Assembly (NCBI GenBank): GCA_020891255.1
Contig: BQFW01000008.1
Span: 868,001 to 932,000, forward strand
Length of the DNA: 64,000 bases
DNA from: Entomortierella parvispora E1425
Lineage: Eukaryota; Fungi; Mortierellomycota
Direction: 5' to 3'
The stretch's first letter is position 1, and each line of letters begins with the position of its first letter. Under the pieces are notes generated by a model. It had not been told where the DNA came from. It saw only the letters and a list, made by a program, of their open reading frames with translations, and did not search any database. Below are positions 25,252 to 36,512 of this stretch, one piece after another. Both the position numbers and the translations under genes were made by a program.

Positions 25252-25614
25252 GGTGGCGCTTTTTAAGGGAGGTGTTGGAGTGGTTGGAGTGCGTGGAGCG
25301 AATTAGAGGGATTATGTGGAGAGCGATGAATGCCAACAGCTAGAAGAAATGCAAGCAATGAATGGAAGAAAGACGGAACTGAAGAGAAAGAAAAGAAGGT
25401 AGAGCGAAAGGAAGGCGCGACGTTCAGTCGAGAGTTGTGAAGAACAGAAGGAGGAGGAAGGTGAATGAAGCAGATTCGCGGCTCTCTCTTCGTTGTTCCC
25501 TTGCCCTCTGTGGGAGTTGTGGAGCAAAAAAGGTAAACAAGGCAATACAAGGCACGTGATCATTTTTTATTCTCATTATTATTTTATACGAGGTTGTGCT
25601 TATCGTCACTTTCC

Positions 25615-26229
25615 CTAGAACCCGCCACCAAAGTCCCCTCCTCCAAAGTCTCCTCCTCCAAAATCCCCTCCTCCAAAGCCTCCGCCACCATCATACGTGG
25701 CTGGAATCGTGTCTCCACCGCCGTAGCCCATACCTCCGTGCATCATACCACCACCCATCATAGAACCGGCCATCAAACCCAAGGCTCCTCCCGCCATCAT
25801 ACCCATGGCCATACTGGCTCCTGAGCCGAGTCCTCCTCCTCGGTTGTAGTTGTCATAGAAGCCCTGGTTATTGCCAAACTGCTGTCGTTGAATCTCTTGG
25901 ATTTGATGGAAACGAGCGTTCTCCTGTGCATCTGCTGCTGGACCAAGGGGATGGGCCCAAGTCACGTTGTTGGTTTGAGGGTAGACGTAGAACAGTCGTT
26001 GCTTTGAGGGGTCATATTGTGAAATCCTAGAGACAAACAGTTTGTACAGACCGAAAGAGTCAGAATCTAGTCTTCAGTCGTCCACTGAGACAGCGGAAAC
26101 GTTGGGAGGGGTACTCTACCATCCTTGGGGAAGAGTCGAAGGTGGAAGAGCTTGCGACTGGTTGTAAGCGGTTTGTGGACGGTGGTAGGTGGAACCATTC
26201 TCAACACCTTTTGAATTTGAGCAACCCAT
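25615..26229 (-). CDS. WW-domain protein, Wwm1-like, with Gly-rich tail; intron 26027-26119
   Basis: Splicing gives LPQGWISQYDPSKQRLFYVYPQTNNVTWAHP (WW). Also a Gly-zipper-like GMMAGGALGLMAG, C-terminal GGGDF repeats and N-terminal MGCSNSK. Confidence 0.85.
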
Positions 26230-27072
26230 AGCTGTAGTAAAAGGGAAAGTCGGGTCTTTGTTTGGTCTTAAGGAGAGGGGTATAGAGAACGTCGAGCAAC
26301 AGAATGTGTAATGAAGAGTGGAGAGTGTAGAGTGGAGAGTGATGAGTGAATGGAAGGAAATGAATGGAGAAAAGAAAGGAAGGGACAGTAAAAATACGCT
26401 GTTCCAAGTTAAGACCACGGAAGAGCAAAACCCCAAAAGGGACAAGGAATGCACTATCCTCGGTCGCAGCCTCCTCGCCTACGACCCAGCAAAGACAAGA
26501 AAAGAGCGAAAACGGTGGAAAATGGAACGACGAGAAGGATGCGACCCAGAGTCGATCTCGACTCAAACACAACGGTTGAATCTCGCAGGGGAGAACCTTA
26601 TTTCTCGCCCGGTAATTCACTCGATATGTGCCCATACTCGAGGCTCTTGTTCCTCTTTTTGACTGCAAGCAGGTTTGCAGGCATGCGGCCGATTCTGCAC
26701 CTCTTCCGGTTCCTCACGTTCTGTACTTTTTTCTGCGCGCCTACGGTTTGGCTGTTTGGACATATGGACATGGGCGCTCAACAACGTACACGACGTCGAC
26801 GACTCGCTGAGGAAAGATCAGTCTTACTTATCACTTCATTTTTTTTTTGTCTGCAAGTTGAGCTGCACTCGCTCCTCAACGCTGAATGACTGTCGCAGGT
26901 AGCTGTCAGCAAGAGAATGTTGAAGAAAGAGCTGAAGAAAAGGATGGATGTTGCAGCCGACAACGACCGATCGAGTCATATTGGTGGCAATGCACAAACA
27001 GTCACTGGTTCTCCACTTCATGTATTCCTCGAAATGACACTCTTGCTCTCCATCGATACATTACAATCCACA

Positions 27073-27912
27073 ATGTCAGGCAAGAAAGTAACACCGCATC
27101 AAATGCGCAAGAATCTGGCCTATGTCCAGGAAGGAAAGCCAGACTTCATGAAGATGCTCACGGGTCAATCAGAGGATGCAGCCAACAAGGACCCACGAAA
27201 CCCCTATCGGAAACCCATTGGGATCGAGGCTAAATTCCAATACGAGGAACAGGACGACGATGACGAGACAGCACATGATATTCTGAATGAACGCGAAGAA
27301 GAACGTCCTACGGTCGTGGTACTAAAGGATGGGAAACACCTAGACGAACGGCAGGTCAAAAACATTTTGAAAAATCTCCCAGCAGGTAAACAAGCAGAAA
27401 CTGCACGTCCGGAGCAAATCCAACAAGGACGACACGAAGAGAACATAACTCATATCTGTTTCCCACTTCTTGGGTTTATTGTAATAGGTCTTTCAGATGC
27501 AGAAATCCAAAAACGACTGGCTGAAGGGAAAGGATCATCATCAGGAGACGAAAAAAACGAGAGTGAGGAAGAAGAAGAGGAGGAGGACAAGGATCCAGTG
27601 GATGCAAATGGAAAGATTCTTTTCAGGAGGCCTAAAGGTTCTACAAAATCTACCAAAGGCAGCAAGGAAACGACTGGACTGAACACAAGCAAGAGTAAAA
27701 AAAGCTTTGAAGAGGTCATGTTGGCAGAGGCTGAAGCCAAGGTCAGTCAACTCAAACGGAAATCAGGAGCAACCGCTGCTGGGGGTTCGGCAACAACCGA
27801 ATCAGGGTCAAAGAAACCTGCCACGACTAAAAAGACAGAGAGCTCAGGGACCAAGAAGAAACAAAAGACAAAGGCGACAACATCGATGCTCAGCTTTGAC
27901 GACGAGGAATAA
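27073..27912 (+). CDS. DUF4604/KIAA1143-like charged protein; probable intron 27386-27487
   Basis: KNLAYVQEGKPDFMKML, EEERPTVVVLKDGKHL and C-terminal LSFDDEE resemble this conserved eukaryotic family. Confidence 0.7.
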   Translation: MSGKKVTPHQMRKNLAYVQEGKPDFMKMLTGQSEDAANKDPRNPYRKPIGIEAKFQYEEQDDDDETAHDILNEREEERPTVVVLKDGKHLDERQVKNILKNLPAGKQAETARPEQIQQGRHEENITHICFPLLGFIVIGLSDAEIQKRLAEGKGSSSGDEKNESEEEEEEEDKDPVDANGKILFRRPKGSTKSTKGSKETTGLNTSKSKKSFEEVMLAEAEAKVSQLKRKSGATAAGGSATTESGSKKPATTKKTESSGTKKKQKTKATTSMLSFDDEE

Positions 27913-28409
27913 AGTGGATCCTTCAAATGATCACGTGTTCCTCGATGTGTATTTAAGACGTTTTTCAACGGCGGCCCTTGTTGACCTCTTAACTTTGACC
28001 CAAGCCGTTGCCAGCCATTGTCCGATTACCATTTAAAATCGTGCGACTTTGTGCCAGTAGCAAGTTTTTTCCTCTAGTCCTCCTTGTGGGGGCCATGAGA
28101 GACAAATTGGTTAAACTTGGAAGAAAGTCTTGATCATGGTGCAGCAGCTTGATCCATTGCAATGATCAAGTTGTTTGATTTGAATCAGACATTTACAACT
28201 TATTCACACAAGAAATAGAACAGGAACTGTTGGTGGAAGATGAATGTGTGTGTGTGTGTATGTGTGTGGTTCAGGTAGCCTCTTTTCCAGCCGTGCAAGT
28301 ACTAGATCTTGGCTGATCATGATCCATCTCGGTCCTTTTCATCTTCTCACACTCATCTTCGCACACCACCCAAAAAAAAAAGAGAAGGAAACAAAACGAA
28401 AAATCAATT

Positions 28410-28421
28410 GATCACGTGATC
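28410..28421. promoter_or_regulatory. Perfect palindrome GATCACGTGATC (E-box core) about 510 bp upstream of ERD2
   Basis: The sequence is directly visible; function is inferred only. Confidence 0.35.
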
Positions 28422-28929
28422 GGTCCATTTTTCGTCCAGTCATGGACTGCCACCACCACGCACCCGCCTCCCCTCTGACATACATGCGATACTACGCCGC
28501 TCTCTCTCCCTCTCCGTCTGCCCCCCCCTCTGCCCCCTTCGACCCTTTCTTTCCATCTGCCCATTTCGGAACGAGACTCTTGGCTTCTATTCTTGCGCTC
28601 GCTTATTCGCTTGTTCGCTTATTTGCTCTCTGACCCTATTCTCTTCTGTGCGAGTCTACTGTAGCCTGCATTCAACTTCATTCATCCGTCATCCTTCCTT
28701 CTCTTTTCATCTCCACTCCTTCCGTCATTGGTTCCTCCGTTCCTTTCTTTTTTCTTTCTTTCTTTGTTCAAGACGTGCTCCCCTGCCAACGGTCAAGCTT
28801 CCTCATCTGTCCCACCCCGTCTCCGCTCCCACTCCCACTTCCTCGCAAAAATATCACCCCCCTGGAGCTCATTTTCATCTCTTTTGCCTTCATCAACACC
28901 CTCAATCCCACCCCTTCCATTTCGTCATC

Positions 28930-30300
28930 ATGAACCTGTTCCGTCTCGTAGCAGATCTCATGCATCTGGGATCCATCCTGATCCTGCTGCTCAAAATGCA
29001 AAAGACGCGTTCCGTTGCAGGTAGGCCCCTCTCCGAGGCATGTCTCCCATCTGTCCAGAGCATGCACCCTCATCCCATAGACCCGCGCGCTCCTTCGACA
29101 ATCACGAAACAGGACCCGTCCTTTTGGGGAGCGTTTGTGGCCGATCCATCTAAACAGATCAATCTTTCACTCGTATCAATAGGCATTTCGTTCAAGACGC
29201 AAGCTCTCTACGCTGCCGTTTTCCTGACGCGTTACCTTGATCTCTTCACTCACTTTGTGTCCCTCTACAACACCGCCATGAAGATCTTCTTTATCGCTTC
29301 GTCATTGTACATTGTCTATTTGATGAAGATCAAGTTCAAGGCCACCAATGATCCCCGTCTCGATACCTTCCAAGTGCAGTATGTCGTCGGAGGAGCGGCC
29401 GTTTTGGCCCTTGTTGCCAACTACGCCTTCACCTTCCAGGAGGTAATGTGTCTGCTTCGAAACAACCCCCTTGTCTCTACACCTTGATGGATACCTAGAA
29501 CTAGACCCTACAGGAAGATCAAGACGTGGACCTGAATGCAAACAGTCAGGGAGCGTTCAGAGTTTGCCACGATCGAGGTTTTAACAGTGGAAATCAATGG
29601 ACTAGCCCCCTAATTGATCAAATCTCAGGACCCGATCCAGATCAGAATGAAGTCTGACAGACGATGGCGATTGATGTTCCACGGTCAAAGGCAAGGATGC
29701 AAAAGCGGATCGCACGCTCCTTGTCTTCCCCTTCAGGAAGAACGATGGATTGGCTTTGGTGCTACTTTTTGCCAGCACATTCTCAGCTATGCCAACCCTT
29801 TCTTTCAGCCCTTTTTTTTTCTTTTCCTTTTTTACTAATTCATGGTTGTACAAATGTCTCGAATAGATTCTTTGGACATTCTCGGTGTATCTGGAGGCAG
29901 TCGCTATCTTGCCCCAGCTGTTCATGTTGACCAAGACTGGCGAGGCCGAGGTGATCACGACTCACTACCTGTTTGCTTTGGGCGCTTACCGTGCTCTTTA
30001 CTTGGTCAACTGGATTTACCGCTACTTTTCGGAGAACCATGTTGACTGGATTGTCTGGGTTGCTGGAACGATCCAGACAGGACTCTACTGCGATTTTTTC
30101 TTTATCTACTTTACAAAGTAAGTCATCGAGCTTCTTGAATATGGTTGTTTTTGTTTTCTTTCACAAAAGGATTTAGACTCCAAAAATCGGGTGATCTGGA
30201 CCTGAGGAATACTTGGATCAATGCAACTCACAGCCTTTCTGGTCTTTTTGTAACTGTGAACAGGGTGTTGAAGGGCGCAAAATTCGAACTGCCTCAATAG
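28930..30300 (+). CDS. ERD2: ER lumen protein-retaining (HDEL) receptor; exons 28930-29020, 29183-29442, 29867-30117, 30264-30300
   Basis: [77 protein letters not shown]. Confidence 0.98.
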
Positions 30301-32634
30301 AAGACATGTCGTGGATGGAAAAAGAAAATATAACAAAACTGAAGACAGGCAGAAATTTGGAGGAGCTGGTAGATAGCATGGGATCGTTTGCATGGACATA
30401 TGCAGGAATTATCCGCGAATTAAAAAGAAAACAAGTTTTCAGCGCGTCGCCTACGCCCAAAACAATTTGAATGGCCGCATCCTTGAACGAGACCAACCTT
30501 TGTGAAAGAAAATAAGTTTGTCGTTAGCCGCCCTTTCTGGAGCATGTACTGGGATCATCAGCAAGGAGGGCACTATTGTCGACGGTATCAGTCCACGGTG
30601 CTGTTGGTGCCTCACGGACGATTAATGATTAATAGTCGACCGGAAGCGTCGGTGATCTATGACTAGCCAGTTAGTCACGATACACCTTTTTTGCGTCGCG
30701 TCCAAACGTGTCAACGGAGGCGTGGCATACTTTCTCACTCTAGTTGAGAGTTTTTCAAAAGCCTCTCTAGGTGATAACGCCAAGAATGGGTACCTTTTAT
30801 ATTCCTACTCCTCCTTTCCACAATGCAGGTCCATGGTCTCAGGGAAACGCACGCCGGTTTGACCCAGAGCAATTGACGATAAGCGCGTCAAGAAAGAGAC
30901 GAACAAGGTTTTGTTTTTTTTCACATCAATCCTCCCTATTAGTTAATACTTGTGCTCAATGTCGGATGAGATACCCGGCAAAACAAATCCATTATAAGAG
31001 AGAGTTAATGGCATCAGATGCTCACGGGGTAGTGCCCTCCACTAGTAGTCTTTTCTCCACTGCTGCAACCACCTCAACCGCAACCAGTACATTCAGTGCA
31101 TCATTTCTTTCTGTTCGGGTATCCTTCTCAATGTACTCGTGTTCATTATGAATCATCATTGACTGCTCACGGCAGTTTCTGTTCCCCAGTATTGCATGAT
31201 ATTTCATGCTGTTGAGGGCGCGCGCAGAGGGAAAGATAAATGTCTCTGCTGTTGTGCAACAAAGTGGAGTGAACAAAGTGAGCATCCTCGTGCTAGCTGG
31301 ACCCTCGCACCCCTCACTTGCATGCGGAAGATTGATAATCGATCAATTGAACGAGAAAGTCCCGGGAGACAATTGAAAGTCTCTGTAATAGGCTCTGGTC
31401 GCATGGACAATCTTCAAGAGGCGGGAGCTGTCCAAGGGGGGTTTCTTCAACTCTACGCCCTCTGTAGTCAAGTCAACCTTTAGCCCTTTTCTTTGTGCTT
31501 CAATTGACTGAGGCTGTTCATTTTCGTTCTTGCGAATGTACACGCCAGAATTGCAAATTGCTCTTTTTTGTCTTTGTGTCGTGCGTGTGAGTGCTTTCTA
31601 ACTGAATTCCTTCTCTTGGGAAAAAACCCCGAGCAGCTGGACGAACCAAGCTTACGTTTTGTGCGCCTTGAATGAGAAGAGGGAATTATTTTATTTTATT
31701 TTTGCCCCCAACCCCTTTGCTGAAGGACACATCGTCCAACAACAGCCAACCGTTGGCGAACCGTTGCTCTTTTATTTTTGCCACTGGGCAGCTTGTTGCA
31801 AGTTGGCGTGTGATGAATTTACCCACCACAAAGTGTTTCTATTCGCCGCCCACCATGAATGGCCACCAACAATAACAACAGCAACTGTTGATCCAAGACG
31901 CAGGGCAACGCGTTGAGAGCCTCTTTCTATTTTTTTCTCTTGGGTTCTTTTTAAGATTCGACTAGGGTCCTGTGCCAGGGGGACAATCAGTCCTCCGTTG
32001 AGCTCCCAGGGAAATGAAGGTTGAAAATCCTTTGCTGCCTTCTCATTCGTGAACCAGGACCGACGAGAGCACACGCCGGTCTGACAACCCTGCCGAGGCT
32101 GCAAGTGGGCAAGGGACAAGAGAGCAAAAACAAAAAAGATGAAAAGAACGAGAGAGAGAAAGTCGGGCTCTGTTCAATACCTCAAAGCAAGTCCACCCCT
32201 ATACATTCACGCCGAACTAGGCCTCAAGGTTTGGATGACTGCTGCTGATTAGCCCACCCCTACCCAGCTTTGCTTCCAAAGTTGGCCAAGATGGACAAAT
32301 GTCGACTTCGCAGGCGGTGAGAGCCGAAGGATGGGCAAAGAGATGATAGAATGGGGGACAAATTAGAAGGCACGAATCCAACGGCTCTTCCGTCTGGATG
32401 TGCGCTGACATGTACTCTGCCGTCTTTTGGCAAACAGAAAGGCTGCCCAGACTAAATGCCCAGTCTGTACTTTGGGGCAACGCCTCGGACGATCGTATAT
32501 AAAGACCCGACGAGTTCGTTCTCAGAAACCTTTGGACCATTTCTCTCTCTCATACCCTACCCTTCCTCCCCACCCTCACTCCCCCTCACCCCCTTCCACC
32601 CTTATCAGGGATAATCCTCTACATTTTCTCTACA

Positions 32635-34560
32635 ATGAAGTTCACCGCCCTCCTTTCCCTTGCTGCCGCCGTGTGCGTCGTTTCGGCCGCCAACACCACT
32701 GACCCGTGCGCCGCTCTTGCCAATGAGGCCACTGCAAAGGCCATCACCCTCGACACCACCCGTGCCTGCTACAACTCTTTCAAGTTTGACAAGGAGATTG
32801 CCGCCAAGACCATCGAGTCCCTCGAGAACTTGTGGACCAACTTCTACCCCTTCATTGACTCTGCCCAGCAGCACTCTGGTTCGCCCTTCGTGACCCCCAA
32901 GGTCAACCTTCTTGCCGAGTTGAAGAAGATCAAGGAGCACAAGTGGAAGAACGACTACGAGTTCCACAACGCGCTCCACCTCTTGGTTGCTTCCTTGAAC
33001 GACGGCCACGCGTCGTACAGCCCTGGATGCTACCAGTCCGTTCTTATCCGCCAGCCCATTTCTTTGTACGCTCCCGTCATCGATGGCAGGCAGGATGTCC
33101 GCGTTTTCAGCGCCAGCAGCAGCTTCCCAGGTGTGCCCGCCAACGACATCACTGACTGCGTTGTCTCCCACATTGACGGCAAGCCCGCCTTCCAGACCAT
33201 CCAGGAATTCGCTGATTTGACCTCTGGAATCTCCAAGGATCCTTCCGTCCGTCTCGCCGATACCCTCGCCGCCACTCTCTGGCAGGGTGACTGGTTCGCC
33301 ACCGTCGGTGGTTTCTCTGCCCGCACGGATGTTCCCAAGAAGAACTCGATGAAGTACACCATCCAGTGCCCCAAGCAGAAGGTCCAGAAGATTGATGTCC
33401 CCTACTACAGCCAGCCCCGCTTCAACGCTGGCGCCTTCACCGACTCCAAGTCTTACTGGAAGAACCTCTGCTCTGCCTCTCCCCCAGCCAGCAAGAAGAC
33501 TAATGGCGATCACAAGCTCCGCGGTATCAACGGCGACAAGCTCGCCCCCGCCACCGAGACTCTCCTTGCCCGTGGTGTGGAGAAGATTGGAGGCTCCTCG
33601 CACGGCCCCAAGGATGGTACCGGCTCTGCCCCTGCCCCTGCCATCATCAGCCACGCCACCCAGGTCTCGTCCACTGCCAATGCTCTTTTCTACATTCTCA
33701 ACAACACCAAGACCAAGACTGGTGTCATTGTTTTGAACTCGGAGGAGCCCAGCCAGACTGGTTACCAAGACTTCATTAACGGTCTCACCGCCCTCCAGAA
33801 GGCCGGTGCCAAGAAGATCATCTTGGATGTCACCTTCAACGGTGGTGGATCCGTTGACTATGCTTACTTCCTCAACTCTCTCTTCTTCCCCACTGCTGAG
33901 CCCTACTTTGTCATGGATATCCGCTCCAACAAGTACGTCCAGGGTGCTGCCAAGATCGCCTCCGCACACGCCAACTTTGGTTCGCTCTTTGATGCTCGCA
34001 ACTATGAGAACGAGAAGACCCACAAGCCCTTCACTGATTCTTCCATGTTCACCAAGCCCGTCACCATGACCCGTGCTGGCCGCAAGGACACCTACTCCCA
34101 GAAGAACTACTTCCCCTACGGACCCTGGCCCAAGGCCAGCGCCTTCCCCTGGAAGGCTTCGGACCTTTCCATTGTCTCGAACGGTTGGTGCGGTTCTGCT
34201 TGCACCATGGTTGTGAGCCGATTCAACATTGTGCACAAGGTCAAGACCTATGTCATTGGAGGTTACCACAAGAGACCCATGTCCTACTTCTCCTTCCCCG
34301 GTGGTTTCGTCATGGACAACACGGACTTGGTCTCTGAGATCCAGGCCCTCAACTACACCGCCAAGGGCGCCCCCTCTAACTTGCCTACCTCTGCCGATGC
34401 TCGCATCCCCGTCGGTGAGATCTATGCTTCCGTCAAGACCAACACTCCCTTGGAGTACGACCCCAAGTTCTTCCCTGCCCAGGTTCACTTGGACTTTGAT
34501 GCCCAGACTGCCCGTCACCCCGACTTGGTCTGGCTCAAGATCGCCGCTGACTTCAAGTAA
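32635..34560 (+). CDS. Secreted peptidase S41 family protein, intronless
   Basis: Signal peptide MKFTALLSLAAAVCVVSA; LVASLNDGHASY, KKIILDVTFNGGGSV, and catalytic-Ser context IVSNGWCGSACT. Confidence 0.88.
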   Translation: MKFTALLSLAAAVCVVSAANTTDPCAALANEATAKAITLDTTRACYNSFKFDKEIAAKTIESLENLWTNFYPFIDSAQQHSGSPFVTPKVNLLAELKKIKEHKWKNDYEFHNALHLLVASLNDGHASYSPGCYQSVLIRQPISLYAPVIDGRQDVRVFSASSSFPGVPANDITDCVVSHIDGKPAFQTIQEFADLTSGISKDPSVRLADTLAATLWQGDWFATVGGFSARTDVPKKNSMKYTIQCPKQKVQKIDVPYYSQPRFNAGAFTDSKSYWKNLCSASPPASKKTNGDHKLRGINGDKLAPATETLLARGVEKIGGSSHGPKDGTGSAPAPAIISHATQVSSTANALFYILNNTKTKTGVIVLNSEEPSQTGYQDFINGLTALQKAGAKKIILDVTFNGGGSVDYAYFLNSLFFPTAEPYFVMDIRSNKYVQGAAKIASAHANFGSLFDARNYENEKTHKPFTDSSMFTKPVTMTRAGRKDTYSQKNYFPYGPWPKASAFPWKASDLSIVSNGWCGSACTMVVSRFNIVHKVKTYVIGGYHKRPMSYFSFPGGFVMDNTDLVSEIQALNYTAKGAPSNLPTSADARIPVGEIYASVKTNTPLEYDPKFFPAQVHLDFDAQTARHPDLVWLKIAADFK

Positions 34561-34925
34561 AAAATTGTAGTTACCTCCTCCACCTCCACCTCCTCACCTT
34601 CATTCTTCCTCCTCATCATCATGATACCATTCCCTCTTTTTTTAGACAAAGAGAAAAATGTCCCTTTCATCCCCAAAACCAAAAACAGTTTTGCTACTTG
34701 TTAAAGATTAGAATAAATAGCCATGACACATTTGAATTTTTTTTTTTTTTCCCTTCGTGTATTGGCAGTTGCAGTTTCCACTTGTTAGTTGTAGGCGACT
34801 CCATGCTGACTCGAGCAGCACGAACAGTCCCATGGAGCGGATACATCAAGAAAGAAAAGGACAGATGGGCGGATAAAACTATTAAGAGAGGGTTTGAAAT
34901 ATTTATTTACAATTTTACAAAGTCG

Positions 34926-36468
34926 CTACTTCTTCAGGCGGAGAGACTCTGTGGTGAACTCGATCTTGAGGGGTCCCGCCACAAACTTGAGCTGTGTTGG
35001 GGATGACTTGTCCTTTCCAGGATTGACTCGCAGGCCCAGAAATGGGTCTGCTCCATCCCTCGGGTCCAATTGAAGACCATAGCTCCCGTAGACGGGATTT
35101 TGGGCTGGTGTCACAGCGTCGGAGGCAACTTGAGCTTCAACGGGCTTGACTTCGTGCATCATGGGTGGAACACGATGGACCTTCAGGAGAGCAGACTCGA
35201 GCGTGTTGCCAATATCGGTGTGGAGAAAGCGCATGTTCTGGCGCAAGGAGGCGCCTAGACCGCCGGGACCATCCGGTTCAACAATGTCGCTTGGGAACGT
35301 GAACGGGGCCTGGGTGGAGGAACCTCCCTGATCATTAACCGCAGTGTTCATCTCTACCTCTTGCTTTGGGATCGTAGGAAGAGATTTCATTCGGATGACG
35401 GAGGGTCTATCGGCAATTGCTGCTGTGCCAGCAGAGGCGGAATATGTGAGCACAAAATCATCAGACGTCGAGGCATTCTTGCGTGGGCGACGGGTCATTT
35501 GGTCATTATGATTTGGCGCCGTCGTCGTTGGTCCTTCGTCCAGTTCTTCTTGACTCCTCTGAAGGCGTGCCTGTTTACGAAGCTGGGTAACAGAAGCGGA
35601 CCTAGTCGGCCGCAAGGGGATATCTGACCCTGAGCCAGCCTTTGATTCACTCGCAAGCTTGTCCTCGTCTTCATCCTCGTCAGACAAAGTCAAGATTGTT
35701 TCGTCCGACTCGTCCTCCGAAGCAGTCGAATCGTCTTGCACTTCCTCAACAGGGCCCTCCTCTGCTTCATCGCTGTCTTCTCCCTCAACCTCCTCATCTG
35801 AAGACTCTAGACCTTCAGTCGCCACCAATACATTCGGGTCTTGCTTTCTAGCTCTCTCCAGTTCCAGTCGCATCAGCCTCCGATTCCTCTCCTCCGCCTT
35901 GATCTTCTTGGCCTCCATGCGAAGTCTTTGAGCTTCGGCTTTCATCTGCTGAATCTCTTCACGTCGTTGAAGTTTGGTGTCTATATCTGCTCGTGCCCTT
36001 TTTTGAAGCTCGACTTGGGAAATCTGTCGAGCCGCTGCGGCCATGGCATTGCGCGCTGCCATCATGGCAGTCGAGATGGACTCTTGCCGGTAAAGCTCTG
36101 TATTAAATGCGTCTTCTGGCTGAGCAGGCCATCCTCGGATATCGTCTGACATCAACGGTAGTGTGAAAATAGCTGCAGGGGCCGAAGGTGCCGTTTCCAA
36201 AGTTTTACGATCACTAAAGTTGTACTGACGAAGATCCATGGCCTCCGGCGAGAGGGATTTCTCCGAGGCAGGCTGCTGGTGACCCTGTTGAAGCTGGCTC
36301 GCCTGTATTTGCTGCTGGTGCTTCTGCTGTTGTTGTCTTTCTTGTTGCTGCTGCTGTCTTTCTTGTTGCTGCTGTTGTCTTTCTTGTTGCTGCAGTTGTT
36401 GCTCCTGCTGTTGTTGTTGCTGTTGTTGCTGTTGTTGCTGTTGTTGCTGTTGTTGCTGTTGTTGCTGT

Positions 36469-36512
<44 letters not shown>

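Noticed and set aside
32605-34518. 637-aa antisense ORF opposite the S41 peptidase
   Set aside because: It is a codon-bias shadow: the sense gene avoids TTA/CTA/TCA. The product is G/V/L-rich with no motifs.
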